Shown here piece after piece: positions 11,029 to 22,885 of a stretch of DNA of 64,000 nt; the first letter of the stretch is position 1; each line of letters opens with the position of its first letter. The stretch lies in NCBI GenBank assembly GCA_030167865.1, contig JALAGF010000415.1, positions 1 through 64,000 on the forward strand, given 5' to 3'. The notes beneath the pieces were generated by a model. That model searched no databases and was not told the origin of the DNA. It was given only the letters and a program-made list of their open reading frames with translations. The DNA comes from Craspedostauros australis (Eukaryota). The translations under genes were made by a program, and so were the position numbers.

Positions 11029-12298
11029 ACATGGTGATTCTCTGTGGGTGGAGGTACAAGTGCTGGTCGCACACGAAGACGAAGACGACAAAGAAGAGCG
11101 CGCAGAAACGAAACAGAGATTCTGGAAACAGTCACATGCAGATAATGTGTTGCCCACACCAATTTCCAATATGTATGTGCAATAGAATAGAGTACCTGCA
11201 CAGTATGATACTCTCTCTCTCTCTCTCTTGTGTTGAGTACGAGCTATTCTCTCCATGATAGAGATATCGCAGTCCTCGAACGAGCTATTCCTCGTGCATA
11301 AAAACTGCTTCACAAGTGTTGGGAGGTCTGGTACCATGCGTATGCTAAGGGATCGCCAGGGGATTGTCTATTCCGCAAGACAATCGAGCTGGTGATCGGA
11401 AGTCTCAACATCTCGAAGACGACGCGTTCATGTACTCGTGCGTCAGAAGCGGCATCGTGTTGCACCCATGTGGGTCGAGCAATGCTGCCTGTCGATGCTG
11501 TGATGGATCGGACGGGAATGCCTGCGAGTACTCGTGCCGTTACAAGAACACTCTGAAGCATTACTCATCGTACTACAGTATGATACTGAAATATTACGTC
11601 GACACTACACGAGAACGGACAGGAGGAGGGAGAAGATGGCGAAACCATGACTGTAACGGCACTCGAATCGAGTTTCTACACTAATTCGCGTAATAGTAGT
11701 ACAGCGCCGCGCTACTCCCACAAAATTTTCAAAACGCGGTGGGAAGGAAGTTTCGAGCCATCAAAATTTCGAAGTCGCAACCGCGCGCCAAAAATGAATC
11801 CTCCCCGTTGGCGGGCGACTCAATTCGGTTTGGCGCGAGACGTTATTACACAGTTATAATCGATCGTGCGAACTTTCTTTTACATGGGTCCTGTTGATCG
11901 ATCTTTCGACTAGAACGAATGAAAGATGGCCATCCAAGACCAGAACCAAGAAAAACGGCATCAAGCCGAAAAAGTGAGAGGCTCCAACAGGATGAGCAAT
12001 CGACAATGGCGATGATGCGGAGCCAAGCGGCGCGTTGATGCCGTATGTTGCTCTGCTCAGAGTACTCGTATGTACGGTATTGGAACAGTGCTCCTCAAGA
12101 GACCAGGCTACGAGTATTGAGTTACGAAGATTCCTGATTGGACCCTGTCTATTGCGCCGCCAAGGTATCCCACGAGCACATTCAAGCGCTCGAACAACCG
12201 AACTGAGCCAAGCCACCGCCAACCCATCCATCCATCCATCCATCCAAAAGGACGTCCGCCCTTCCGTTTCGACTTGTTCGTAAGGTTGAGAAGACACG

Positions 12299-13345
12299 AT
12301 GGCGAACACTACAGATGCGTTCGTGTCGTCCATCCAAGGCTCTGACCCTCAGAACCTGATGGAGTACATTACAAGGCAAAAGATCTACAACAACCGGTTT
12401 TGGAAGGAGGAATGCTTCGGACTCTCGGCGGTGGACGTTCTGGAGAAGGCCGCAACGTCCATCAAGTGCATCGGCGGCACATTTGGCGGCAATCAGCAAC
12501 CGACGAAGTTCCTTTGCCTCGTGCTCAAGCTGCTGCAGCTGCAACCGGAATCGGAGGTGATATTGGAATTCATACGACAAGACGAACTCAAGTACGTCCG
12601 GGCGTTGGGCTTGTTCTACCTGCGATTGACCGGCCGGCCAGTGGAGATCCACGAGGAGTTCGAGCCGCTGTACAGCGACTACTCCAAGCTGCGATACAGA
12701 GGATTCAGCGAATGGAAGTTGATGCACATGGATGAGCTGGTTCATGATCTACTGACATCGAGCCGCGTTTGTGGAATTGCGCTGCCGAGGTTGCCCATGC
12801 GCACAACGCTTCAGGAAGAAGGGCATCTGGATGAGGGCCCAAGAGAAACGAAGCTCCACGCCAGTATCCAAGCGGCAGGAGGTCTGGATGAGTATCTCGA
12901 GTACCTGGTGCAATCCACCGAGAACGAAGCGGCAATAGAGCTATGGAACGATCGGCATCCGGACCGAACATACAAATCGAAAAAGCGATCAAAGCATGAC
13001 GCGACTGCCAACGAAAACGAGCAGGGCAGCGCACGCGGTGGCATGGGCGATAATGAGGCTGAAGATGAAGATCATAACCAAAGGTTTCGCAGCCGCTATG
13101 ACGGTAAAAGTTCCGACAAGTCGTCAGAAAAACGCAAAACGAAATCGAAGGATGAGAAACCAAAGAAGAAGGCCAAGTACGGGACGCTATTCAAGACAAA
13201 GAAGGGCACAGAGAACTCGAAATCGGGACGCGCATCCAGCGAAGGACGCGCAAAGAAGGGTGAAGGCGAAAGCAACGAAGCGGAACAGTCGGTGAACTAC
13301 TGGAATGCACAACGAGAGAGGCTCGGACTTGGAAAGCTCAAATGA
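12299..13345 (+). CDS. PRP38: Pre-mRNA splicing factor PRP38
   Basis: MANTTD...GSDPQNLMEYITRQKIY...FWKEECFGL...PTKFLCLVLKLLQLQP...KYVRALG.FYLRL...DYSKLR; C-terminal YWNAQRERLGL. Confidence 0.95.
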   Translation: MANTTDAFVSSIQGSDPQNLMEYITRQKIYNNRFWKEECFGLSAVDVLEKAATSIKCIGGTFGGNQQPTKFLCLVLKLLQLQPESEVILEFIRQDELKYVRALGLFYLRLTGRPVEIHEEFEPLYSDYSKLRYRGFSEWKLMHMDELVHDLLTSSRVCGIALPRLPMRTTLQEEGHLDEGPRETKLHASIQAAGGLDEYLEYLVQSTENEAAIELWNDRHPDRTYKSKKRSKHDATANENEQGSARGGMGDNEAEDEDHNQRFRSRYDGKSSDKSSEKRKTKSKDEKPKKKAKYGTLFKTKKGTENSKSGRASSEGRAKKGEGESNEAEQSVNYWNAQRERLGLGKLK

Positions 13346-14008
13346 ATGCATGTCACATGTTGTGAGAATATTGAGGTTGGCACGAGTACCAAATGATACA
13401 TACTTCATATGCATGATAATCCGACTATACAGGCATACGGAGGATATACCACTCGTAGTATCTGCCCGACTTGATCACTACAATAGTCTCTACTGGCTCC
13501 CCAGAAAGAGACACGCAGAGTGCTCTTGACCGTGGTGTTGGTACCACATTATTCGAGCTGCATACCATACATACGTATTGGTCGCGAGGGAGGGGGGGAA
13601 GGGGGTCCATGGAGGACGGACACCGGAAGGTGGCTGCGACGTCTAGCCTCCCCCCGGAGGGAGGATTGCACATCGCAGGTCTGAAGTGTGAATAGTAACC
13701 AGAAGCGGCAACATCGCAGCAATGCAGTTGGGAGTATCGGCGCTGTGTGCTTGTCGCACTCATACTAGCACTCTGATGGATCGGGGGACGGTATTATTCT
13801 TGTTATCCATTTATGTCTTGAATTAACTTATTGTACACTTTACATCAAAGTTGATAGTTGCGGCATCGTTCTGGGAGCCTCGCGATCAGCTCAAAGAATT
13901 AGCACAGCACGGCCGTCGAAGCAGTCGCACCCAACTCGGGTCGCTACTCCCGAAACGAAGGTCAATCGAGCTCGCCGCTTGCTTCAGTTCCAACCTCATG
14001 GAAACCGG

Positions 14009-17000
14009 CTAGCGCTTGGAGCCGTTTCCCTTGCCCTTTCCGCTGGCGGAAGGTGGGCTCGGTCTCTGTGGGAGGTGTGGCGTGATTGGGTTGCTTGGGC
14101 CCGAGGGCGATGATGGTGCGCTTGGTCCAGAGGGTCCGGTTGGTCCGCTCTTGTTACCCTTACCCTTTCCGCTTGGGCCCGATGGTCCACTTGGTCCGGA
14201 AGGTCCGCTTGGTCCAGTGGGTTCGCTTGGGCAGTCAATCTGGACATAGTATGTGATGCAGTCGCTATCGTCGCCGCTTGAGCCGCCCTTGCCCTTGCCG
14301 TTGCCGCTTCCAGTGCACTCGGTGACCTTCTTCAGGCAGTTACCTGGGCCGGATGGTCCGCTTGGTGTAGATGGCCCGCTTGGTGTAGATGGTCCGCTTG
14401 GTGTGGATGGTCCTGGGCAGAAGCACTTGGTGACACAGTTCTCTCCGTCGCTGTCGCACACAACTCCTTCGAAAGTGCAGCCGCTGGGGCATGATCCTGG
14501 CCCACTTGGTCCAGATGGGCCAGATGGTCCGCTTGGTCCTGATGGTCCGCTTGGTCCTGATGGGCCGGTTGGTCCGCTTGGTCCAGATGGGCCGGTTGGT
14601 CCGCTCTTGTTGCCCTTGCCCTTTCCACTTGGTCCTGATGGGCCGGATGGTCCGGAAGGTCCACTTGGTCCGGAAGGTCCGCTTGGGCCTGATGGTCCAG
14701 ATGGTCCGCTTGGTCCAGAGGGGCCGGTGGGTCCGCTCTTGTTTCCCTTGCCCTTTCCGCTTGGTCCAGATGGTCCGCTTGGCCCGGATGGTCCGCTTGG
14801 CCCGGATGGTCCGCTTGGCGTAGATGGTCCTGGGCAAAAGCACTTGGTGACACAGTTCTCTCCGTCGCTGTCGCAGACAACGCCTTCGAAAGTGCAGCCG
14901 CTAGGGCATGATCCTGGCCCACTTGGTCCTGACGGTCCGCTTGGTCCAGAAGGTCCGCTTGGTCCAGAGGGGCCGGTGGGTCCGCTCTTGTTTCCCTTGC
15001 CCTTGCCGCTTGGTCCGGATGGTCCACTTGGCCCGGATGGTCCGCTTGGTGTGGATGGTCCTGGGCAGAAGCACTTGGTGACACAGTTCTCTCCGTCGCT
15101 GTCGCAGACAACGCCTTCGAAAGTGCAGCCGCTGGGGCATGATCCTGGTCCAGATGGTCCACTTGGTCCAGAGGGGCCTGACGGTCCGCTTGGTCCAGAG
15201 GGGCCGGTTGGTCCGCTCTTATTGCCCTTGCCCTTTCCGCTTGGCCCGGATGGTCCGGAGGGGCCGGTTGGTCCGCTCTTGTTGCCCTTTCCGCTTGGTC
15301 CAGATGGCCCGGATGGACCGCTTGGGGTAGATGGGCCGCTGCAGATATCCTCGCATCGGCAAGATCCGTTGTAGAAGTAGCAATCAAGGCATGGGTCGGT
15401 GGTTGTGCATGTGATGCCGGATGGTCCGCTTGGGCTGGTTGGTCCACTCTTGCTTCCCTTTCCGCCGGACCCGCTCTTGTCGCTCTTGCTTCCCTTTGCG
15501 CTGGGTCCACTCTTGTTACCCTTACCACTCGGTCCAGATGGTCCGCTTGGGCCTGATGGTCCGCTTGGGCCTGATGGTCCGCTTGGGCCTGATGGTCCGC
15601 TTGGGCCTGATGGTCCGGATGGAGGGCAGGCGACTGGAACATTGACAAGGACACAATCGTCGCTGTTGCTGCTCTTGTTACCCTTTCCGGAGCTTGATGA
15701 GGTGCATCTGAGCTCCTGCACGAAGCAGCCGCCGCTTGGTCCGGATGGCCCGCTTGGTCCGGATGGGCCAGATGGAGCGCATGGCTCGGTGATGATGATG
15801 GTCACGCAAGTCTCTCCGGAAGTTCCTCCCTTGTTACCCTTACCCTTTCCAGATGGTCCGTTTGGTGTACACTGTTCGACTTCGCGCTGGCAGAGGTTCG
15901 GTCCGCTTGGTCCAGATGGGCCGGATGGTCCCGAGGGTCCGCTTGGTCCAGAGGGGCCGGTTGGTCCACTCTTGTTGCCCTTTCCGCTTGGGCTGCTTGG
16001 CCCGGATGGTCCACTTGGTCCGGAGGGGCCGGTGGGTCCGCTCTTGTTTCCCTTGCCCTTTCCGCTTGGCCCAGATGGTCCAGATGGTCCGCTTGGCCCG
16101 GATGGTCCGCTTGGTCCGGAAGGTCCTGGGCAGAAGCACTTGGAAACACAGTTCTCTCCGTCGCTGTCGCAGACAACGCCTTCGAAAGTGCAGCCACTGG
16201 GGCACGATCCTGGTCCACTTGGTCCAGACGGTCCGCTTGGTCCAGATGGGCCGGATGGTCCGCTTGGCCCAGACGGGCCGGTTGGTCCGCTCTTGTTACC
16301 CTTGCCCTTTCCGCTTGGTCCAGATGGGCCGGATGGTCCACTTGGCCCGGAGGGTCCGCTTGGTCCAGATGGCCCGCTTGGGCCTGATGGTCCTGATGGT
16401 CCAGATGGTCCGCTTGGTCCAGAGGGGCCGGTGGGTCCAGATGGTCCGCTTGGTCCAGAGGGGCCGGTGGGTCCGCTCTTGTTTCCCTTGCCCTTTCCGC
16501 TTGGGCCTGATGGTCCGCTTGGTCCGGATGGTCCGCTTGGCGTAGATGGTCCTGGGCAAAAGCACTTGGTGACACAGTTCTCTCCGTCGCTGTCGCAGAC
16601 AACGCCTTCGAAAGTGCAACCGCTGGGGCATGATCCTGGCCCAGATGGTCCTGACGGCCCGCTTGGTCCAGAAGGTCCGCTTGGTCCAGAAGGTCCGCTT
16701 GGTCCAGACGGGCCGGTGGGTCCGCTCTTATTGCCCTTGCCCTTTCCGCTTGGCCCGGATGGTCCGGAAGGTCCGCTTGGCCCGGATGGTCCGGATGGTC
16801 CGCTTGGCCCGGAAGGTCCTGGGCAGAAGCACTTGGTGACACAGTTCTCTCCGTCGCTGTCGCACACAAGACCTTCGAAAGTGCAGCCACTGGGGCATGA
16901 TCCTGGTCCACTTGGTCCTGACGGTCCGCTTGGTCCAGATGGGCCGGATGGTCCGCTTGGTCCAGAAGGTCCACTTGGTCCAGATGGGCCGGTTGGTCCG

Positions 17001-18466
17001 CTCTTGTTACCCTTGCCCTTTCCACTTGGTCCTGATGGGCCGGATGGTCCACTTGGGCCTGATGGTCCGCTTGGTCCACTTGGTCCGCTTGGTCCAGAGG
17101 GGCCTGACGGTCCGCTTGGTCCAGAGGGGCCGGTTGGTCCGCTCTTATTGCCCTTGCCCTTTCCGCTTGGCCCGGATGGTCCGGAAGGTCCGCTTGGCCC
17201 GGATGGTCCGGAAGGTCCTGGGCAGAAGCACTTGGTGACACAGTTCTCTCCGTCGCTGTCGCACACAAGTCCTTCGAAGGTGCATCCACTGGGGCATGAT
17301 CCTGGTCCACTTGGTCCTGACGGTCCGCTTGGTCCAGATGGGCCGGTTGGTCCGCTTGGTCCAGACGGGCCGGTTGGTCCGCTCTTGTTGCCCTTTCCAC
17401 TTGGTCCGGAAGGTCCGGATGGTCCACTTGGTCCAGATGGTCCAGAAGGTCCGCTTGGCCCAGATGGAGGGCATGGCTCGGTGATGATGATAGTCTCACA
17501 AGTCACTCCAGAAGATCCTCCTTTGTTGCCCTTGCCCTTTCCAGATGGTCCAGTTGGGGTGCAGTTCTGGATCTCGCGTTGGCAGAGGGCTGGTCCTGAT
17601 GGACCGGATGGCCCGCTTGGTCCAGAAGGTCCACTTGGTCCAGATGGGCCGGTTGGTCCGCTCTTGTTACCCTTTCCACTTGGTCCGCTTGGCCCGGAAG
17701 GTCCGCTTGGTCCTGATGGCCCGCTTGGTCCAGATGGAGGGCATGGCTCGGTGATGATGATAGTCTCGCAAGTTACTCCAGAAGATCCTCCTTTGTTGCC
17801 CTTGCCCTTTCCAGATGGTCCAGTTGGGGTGCAGTTCTTGATCTCGCGTTGGCAGAGGGCTGGTCCTGATGGACCAGATGGCCCGCTTGGTCCGGATGGT
17901 CCGCTCTTGTTGCCCTTTCCGCTTGGTCCAGAAGGTCCGCTTGGTCCAGATGGGCCGGTTGGTCCGCTCTTGTTACCCTTTCCACTTGGTCCGCTTGGCC
18001 CAGAAGGTCCGGATGGTCCAGAAGGTCCGCTTGGTCCAGAAGGTCCGGATGGTCCAGATGGAGGGCATGGAACTGGGACCATGACAGTGACACAGTCTTC
18101 GTTGCTACTGTCGGACTTGTTGCCCTTGCCCTTGCCTTTTCCGCTGGATGGAGTGCAGGTTGTCTTTGGCTCCATGCACATACCTGGGCCAGAAGGAGAC
18201 GATGGTTCGCACTCGTCAACGCAAGAGCAGTCCTGTGCGGACTTGTTGCCCTTGCCCTTTCCTCCAGTGCAGGAGCACTTGTAGCAGTTGCTGTAGTAGT
18301 CCCAGTCGTCGCCGCTGCCCGAACCGCTCTTGAGGTTGCGCACAGCACGCTGCACGTTCTCATCGGTGTCTTCGTACTGCGTTCCGATTGGGAACCTGAC
18401 GGTTTCGGTCTCTGCTCTGACTGCAACCGCAGCGAGCAAGAGTGGGATCAGACTAAAGACCTTCAT
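14009..18466 (-). CDS. Large secreted modular protein: (Gly-Pro-Ser)n runs, KGKGNK motifs and Cys-rich modules; putative extracellular matrix/frustule/adhesive protein
   Basis: Uninterrupted 1485-aa ORF from ATG 18466. Signal peptide [21 protein letters not shown] site (RNL, 18332-18340), many GPS triplets, 7 copies of a 6-Cys module and 6 copies of a 4-Cys module. Confidence 0.9.
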   Translation of the reverse strand: MKVFSLIPLLLAAVAVRAETETVRFPIGTQYEDTDENVQRAVRNLKSGSGSGDDWDYYSNCYKCSCTGGKGKGNKSAQDCSCVDECEPSSPSGPGMCMEPKTTCTPSSGKGKGKGNKSDSSNEDCVTVMVPVPCPPSGPSGPSGPSGPSGPSGPSGPSGPSGKGNKSGPTGPSGPSGPSGPSGKGNKSGPSGPSGPSGPSGPALCQREIKNCTPTGPSGKGKGNKGGSSGVTCETIIITEPCPPSGPSGPSGPSGPSGPSGPSGKGNKSGPTGPSGPSGPSGPSGPSGPSGPALCQREIQNCTPTGPSGKGKGNKGGSSGVTCETIIITEPCPPSGPSGPSGPSGPSGPSGPSGPSGKGNKSGPTGPSGPSGPTGPSGPSGPSGPSGPGSCPSGCTFEGLVCDSDGENCVTKCFCPGPSGPSGPSGPSGPSGPSGKGKGNKSGPTGPSGPSGPSGPSGPSGPSGPSGPSGPSGPSGPSGPSGKGKGNKSGPTGPSGPSGPSGPSGPSGPSGPSGPSGPSGPGSCPSGCTFEGLVCDSDGENCVTKCFCPGPSGPSGPSGPSGPSGPSGPSGPSGKGKGNKSGPTGPSGPSGPSGPSGPSGPSGPSGPSGPGSCPSGCTFEGVVCDSDGENCVTKCFCPGPSTPSGPSGPSGPSGPSGKGKGNKSGPTGPSGPSGPSGPTGPSGPSGPSGPSGPSGPSGPSGPSGPSGPSGPSGPSGPSGKGKGNKSGPTGPSGPSGPSGPSGPSGPSGPSGPGSCPSGCTFEGVVCDSDGENCVSKCFCPGPSGPSGPSGPSGPSGPSGPSGKGKGNKSGPTGPSGPSGPSGPSSPSGKGNKSGPTGPSGPSGPSGPSGPSGPSGPNLCQREVEQCTPNGPSGKGKGNKGGTSGETCVTIIITEPCAPSGPSGPSGPSGPSGGCFVQELRCTSSSSGKGNKSSNSDDCVLVNVPVACPPSGPSGPSGPSGPSGPSGPSGPSGPSGPSGPSGKGNKSGPSAKGSKSDKSGSGGKGSKSGPTSPSGPSGITCTTTDPCLDCYFYNGSCRCEDICSGPSTPSGPSGPSGPSGKGNKSGPTGPSGPSGPSGKGKGNKSGPTGPSGPSGPSGPSGPSGPSGPGSCPSGCTFEGVVCDSDGENCVTKCFCPGPSTPSGPSGPSGPSGPSGKGKGNKSGPTGPSGPSGPSGPSGPSGPSGPGSCPSGCTFEGVVCDSDGENCVTKCFCPGPSTPSGPSGPSGPSGPSGPSGPSGKGKGNKSGPTGPSGPSGPSGPSGPSGPSGPSGPSGPSGPSGPSGKGKGNKSGPTGPSGPSGPTGPSGPSGPSGPSGPSGPSGPSGPGSCPSGCTFEGVVCDSDGENCVTKCFCPGPSTPSGPSTPSGPSTPSGPSGPGNCLKKVTECTGSGNGKGKGGSSGDDSDCITYYVQIDCPSEPTGPSGPSGPSGPSGPSGKGKGNKSGPTGPSGPSAPSSPSGPSNPITPHLPQRPSPPSASGKGKGNGSKR
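14090..18065. repeat. Coding minisatellite: 9/18-bp units (GGA CCA AGC / GGA CCA TCN on the minus strand) with larger duplicated blocks
   Basis: Direct reading; the ~90-bp Cys-module sequence recurs near-identically seven times. Confidence 0.95.
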
Positions 18467-21004
18467 CTTGCCGAGCTGTCCGTTGTCTTTTCGATGCTTT
18501 GTTGTTTGTAAAGAACGATTCAATCTGTGATGGGATGAAGTTCGTCCCGATTTGTTGCATTAGGTTCAGTCGAAATGAAAATGTGATTGTATTGGTTGTG
18601 TCGGTGTCGTCCAGCGCGCGAGTGCAGGTTTCACGTTCATGTCCATGTGTATTCGAATGTCGGTGTTGGCGGGGTGGGTGGGTGCGCGTTTGGAGAAGTT
18701 GGGCAAGTTGGAGGGAACCGGTTCAAAAATTGAGATGGGGGTGGGGATCAAGATTCATGTATTGCCATTTGGGCGCCAAAGAAGCATCACAGAGCCGTCA
18801 TGGATTCGTCCATCAGCCAACAACACCGCAGCAGCAGAGCCTCCGGCTTTGGAAGCCGCCCACCACCGCGACGACGTGTCCATCGATGGTTCCAGTTGCA
18901 AGTCACCGGCGCATGTCCTGCCCTCCTTCTCGCGCGCATCATGGTCTCAGGGACTTGATGTTCGTTTTGATGACGGCAAGGCAGCTGGTGTTGCTTCTGG
19001 TGTCCACGGAGGTCATTGCAGTTGTCCTTGGTGGTGGCGTCATCAGTGTTGTTGGTCTTGCTGCTGCTCTTGGCGCTGGAGAGATGGCGATGGACGCCGA
19101 CAGATGGATCATGCCATGGCCCAAGTGTCGGTGCTGCGCTTCGCCTTGGTTGCTGCCTTTCCTCACGTTGTGTAGTGTCGTACCTGTCCGGAAAGATGAT
19201 TGGAATGTTGCTGGTTGCTCCAGAAGTCGCTTTCGCCGTTTATGAGATGATGGGGGCTGTGCGTTTGGTGTTCAGCCTCTGTTGTGTTGTGTGATTGTGA
19301 GCACATGGAGATCATTTCATGATCTCTCACAAAGTTGGGGGGAAACCAAGAGCAAAGCGCAGTGCGCACTGTGGACAAACTCTGTCCTTGGTGGTGCTCG
19401 TCCACCCTTCGAGCCCTCCCATACTTGCACGACCTCCGTTGGACCAAGTGTTCCATTCGTTGGATGAAATTTTTGTTTGTTCGTCGGCTGCACAAGAATG
19501 AAAAACAGACCCATGTGGAAGCAGTCAGGCAGGGGCATTCTTTTGAAAATGGACGGTTATTCTCAGAGTCACTGTGCTAGTTAATAGGTAACGGCTGGTC
19601 CTTGCGACTTTCATATCATTTCCGTTTCTCGACGTTCGCTCCACGCAGCAGTCGGTTCACTATGAAGGACTCTTGGCTACTAAAGTCGCAGTTTCACCGC
19701 AATTCTGTTCAGCGGAGTGCACCATGCGAGAATGTCCGTGCGCACCCGCCCTGACCTGCGTTTTTTGGCCATAATTTTGACATGCAAGCCTGATCACAGC
19801 CGTAACCACCACACCTCTGTGACGGTCCCCACATACTCGCAACGATGTCGCTCAGAGTGCGCAACCCCAACATTGGAGGTTGAGAGGGACGGCAGTCTTG
19901 CCGTTTCGCCATGAATCTTTTCTTCTAACGGCAGTGTGGGACAATGAGAAGCAGGTGCCCAGCTCAGAACAGCATCGCACACTCCGTTGACACAGCCAAC
20001 GGCAATGCTCATTGGAGTCAAACAGAACTTCTGGTCGTGCCGACCAGCTGCGCGCAGTATGGCGCTGCGCACCAGTTAGAGTATGGTAACGCCTGTCGCT
20101 GCTTGGTTCTTGTTTCGTTCGTGTGAAGAGAAACGCCGAGCACCAGAGAACCCCAACACGCTGGGCGAAGCGCCCAACACGGCACTGACAGGTCGGAGAT
20201 AGGCACAATCGGCACAACAACGGGAACGCTTGCAAGAATCGCCTGTTTGCCGCCACTAATCATCGCTTCTCTCTTCCTCCCTTGGTTCCTCGCCTTTTTT
20301 TTTTTCTTGCGTTTCGCCCACTATCGCTGCGTGAGTGGTTGCCGTTCGTTGGACATTCGTGGACGTTCGTTGGAAGATGCTCCCATCTCACGGGATCGAG
20401 GCATTCACGAACGACTAGATTCCCACCGAGCGTTTGTGGAGAAGAGATGCGCGTGATGTGTGGTGGCAGAGCCTCGCAGGGCCATTCACGTGCCGACCCA
20501 TCAAAAGACGGTGGTGATGGGTTCTTGAGGTGCCCGCACTCGTACCTGCGCGCAGGGCGTTCTCTGGTGCAGTACTTGGTTCCTTCTCGCCTCCCTTTCT
20601 TCCTTCTCTCTTGTCTTCATGGTAACGTCTCTCTCCTCTTGTGATCGGCTGTTGGTGGGCAGCGATGACACCTCTTTCGCATCTCATTGGAGTGAAGATG
20701 GAGGCAGTACCAGCAGCCGCATCAATCGGATAGTATGTGTGGTAACAGCCGTATCTAGCAGCAGCAACAGTCGCGACAGGAACAACAATGACTGCAACGG
20801 CAGAATCACCATCTTCCTGACTCGCGCGACCTGCAAATGTGCGATGCTTCACTCTCAGAGACGGTGACCGCCTGCTCTTCCGCACCATCACTGATGTCTC
20901 CATGCTGATGCAATGCAACATCAAACCTGAGCGATCTCGCGATCAATTTTGGTACTACTATTGGTGGAGAGGCATCGTTGCAGCAACTTCCACCGCGGCC
21001 GATC

Positions 21005-21580
21005 ATGGAATCGAGGCTTCTGCTCTCCAAACTCACGCCGATGAAGCCCATCCTCTGCATCGTTACACGTGCGGACGGGCAGATCGGCAGCGCGCTGAGC
21101 GATGCGTATTTGGGATACGCGACGCCGTTGCAAACTGTGATGGTGCCATCGGGCCCGCTGTCGGTGGAAGATGCAGCCCCATCGTCAAGGATGACGGAAC
21201 CTCAGGAGGTGTCTCCGCGAATTGTGGCATCCATCGAGCCCATCATTCAAGAGCATCGGCCGGGAGCAATCGCATTCGGCCTTCCGCTGAAACGCTACGG
21301 CAAGCAGCCGCATTTGCAATCGGCGAAAAACTGCGAGGCCACCCTATTTTGCGGACAGAAACTACTTCGTCACGATTGGTCAGTGCCACTGAGATGCACG
21401 ATTGAGACGCAGCTTTCTTTGGCAGAAGCGAGAAAGCGGAAGGAGACGGAATGGGAAATGTGGGAGGAGATCGATCTGTCTTCCGACGATTGCGCGGATG
21501 ATCCATCCATCGCCGCGGCTATATCCTTGAACGCCTGGCTATGGGAACATTGTGGTGGATGGCGCAACACGTTTGGTTGA
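21005..21580 (+). CDS. YqgF/RuvX-like (RNase H-fold) protein, divergent active site
   Basis: Pattern ILCI...IGSALSD...ATPL...IIQEHRPGAIAFGLPL...ETQLSLAEA...DDPSIAAAISLNAWL matches the YqgF secondary-structure order. First ATG at 21005. Confidence 0.7.
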   Translation: MESRLLLSKLTPMKPILCIVTRADGQIGSALSDAYLGYATPLQTVMVPSGPLSVEDAAPSSRMTEPQEVSPRIVASIEPIIQEHRPGAIAFGLPLKRYGKQPHLQSAKNCEATLFCGQKLLRHDWSVPLRCTIETQLSLAEARKRKETEWEMWEEIDLSSDDCADDPSIAAAISLNAWLWEHCGGWRNTFG

Positions 21581-22885
21581 GACCGCAGCAGCGGGCGGTG
21601 ACTCACGTCGCATGAACACTCTTGTCGAATAGATTACAGCAGCTTGACTCTTCCATGCTCGGCACCACCACCAGCATCAGCAGCAGCAACGAGCACTCCA
21701 TAATCTTCCGTGAGGGTAGTGCCACAATAAAATAGAGCAGAGTACCATGCATAGAGTTGAGCCGATTACTCTTGGTTAGTATGGAGTAGCATCCATGCTT
21801 TGGAGAGAGAGAGAGAGAGGGCTTGGCATGGCATGGATTGGACAGCGAACACGAGAGTATTTGCATGGTGGTGTCGGGGCACATAGTAATAGAAGTAAAA
21901 CTTCGATTGAGAGGGCCTGGGTGAACTGAAGTAAGAGCCAAGAGAGGAGCGGCATCCAATGTGACGCACTACAGAATCCATACGACTAGTGATTTCCCTC
22001 CGGTACATGGCCTACGTGAGACGTCTCGGTGAGAGGCGCGGCATCATATCATACCAACATGCTCGTACCAAAGATACCTCTTTGCTGGTACTGTGATCCA
22101 TGCCACATGAGCTGTCGTGACATGTTGAAGGACAATCCTCCTCTGATCCACACCAACCGATTAACCGTTGAAGAGCGACATCCGATAAGTGTTGGCGAGA
22201 GCTTTGCAACGGAGTTGCGTGTAGTCCCCGCATTCTGCTGAATGGAATGGGAACGAAGACGACAGACGTCGAGCAAATGCGCGGACTGGAGTAGGCAGAG
22301 AACAGAGCGGGGTTCTCTGCTTGCAAGTGATCCTTTGTGGAGCAACGTTGAAACGATAGTTGATGATATGGGGATAGACAGACAAGGAGGATAACAGTAT
22401 TTCTATCGTGAGTAGAGTATGAGTACTCGTATGTAGATCACTAGTCGTGGTATAGATTGATTACAGACTTGGTTGAAGAATTAGATTGGGAGCGCATGAG
22501 TAGGTATGGAACAGATATCAGCCGGGTAGTGTTGATGCCGCTTCCGCTGCACGCCGCCGAGGACCGTGGTAGCCAAGAGACAAGGTTCAACCCGGCCACA
22601 CGAGAAGAGAACCAGATCAGCGCCGCTTCTCCATGAACGTGACGATGAAGGGTCTGTCTCTCTCTTCAGGGTACCAACAGAGAGTACTCGTATCGCGATG
22701 GATGAGAGGTGGCGACCAGGACAGGATCGCCAATGCGTCCTGTAGTCCGCGTTCTTCAGGGAGGGGGCATAATGATAGAGAGCATGCCAGAGTCCGGGCG
22801 CAGAGATGCGGCAGTCCTCTTACGGCCGTATATTGAGCGCAGAGGTGACGCATTGGTGGATGTGCACGATTCGTCTGCTGCAGCG

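Noticed and set aside
14090-18065. Repeat/spacer-like periodicity suggesting a CRISPR array or satellite
   Set aside because: The units are in-frame coding repeats with third-position variation, there are no unique spacers, no cas genes are present, and the context is eukaryotic.
14253-18284. Long antisense collagen-like ORFs (GPDGPLGPE...; 373 aa and 961 aa) on the + strand
   Set aside because: Gly-Pro codon pairs (GGNCC) are self-complementary, so the antisense strand of (GPS)n automatically reads (GPx)n without stops. The signal peptide, RXL site and invariant Cys spacing all belong to the minus-strand frame.
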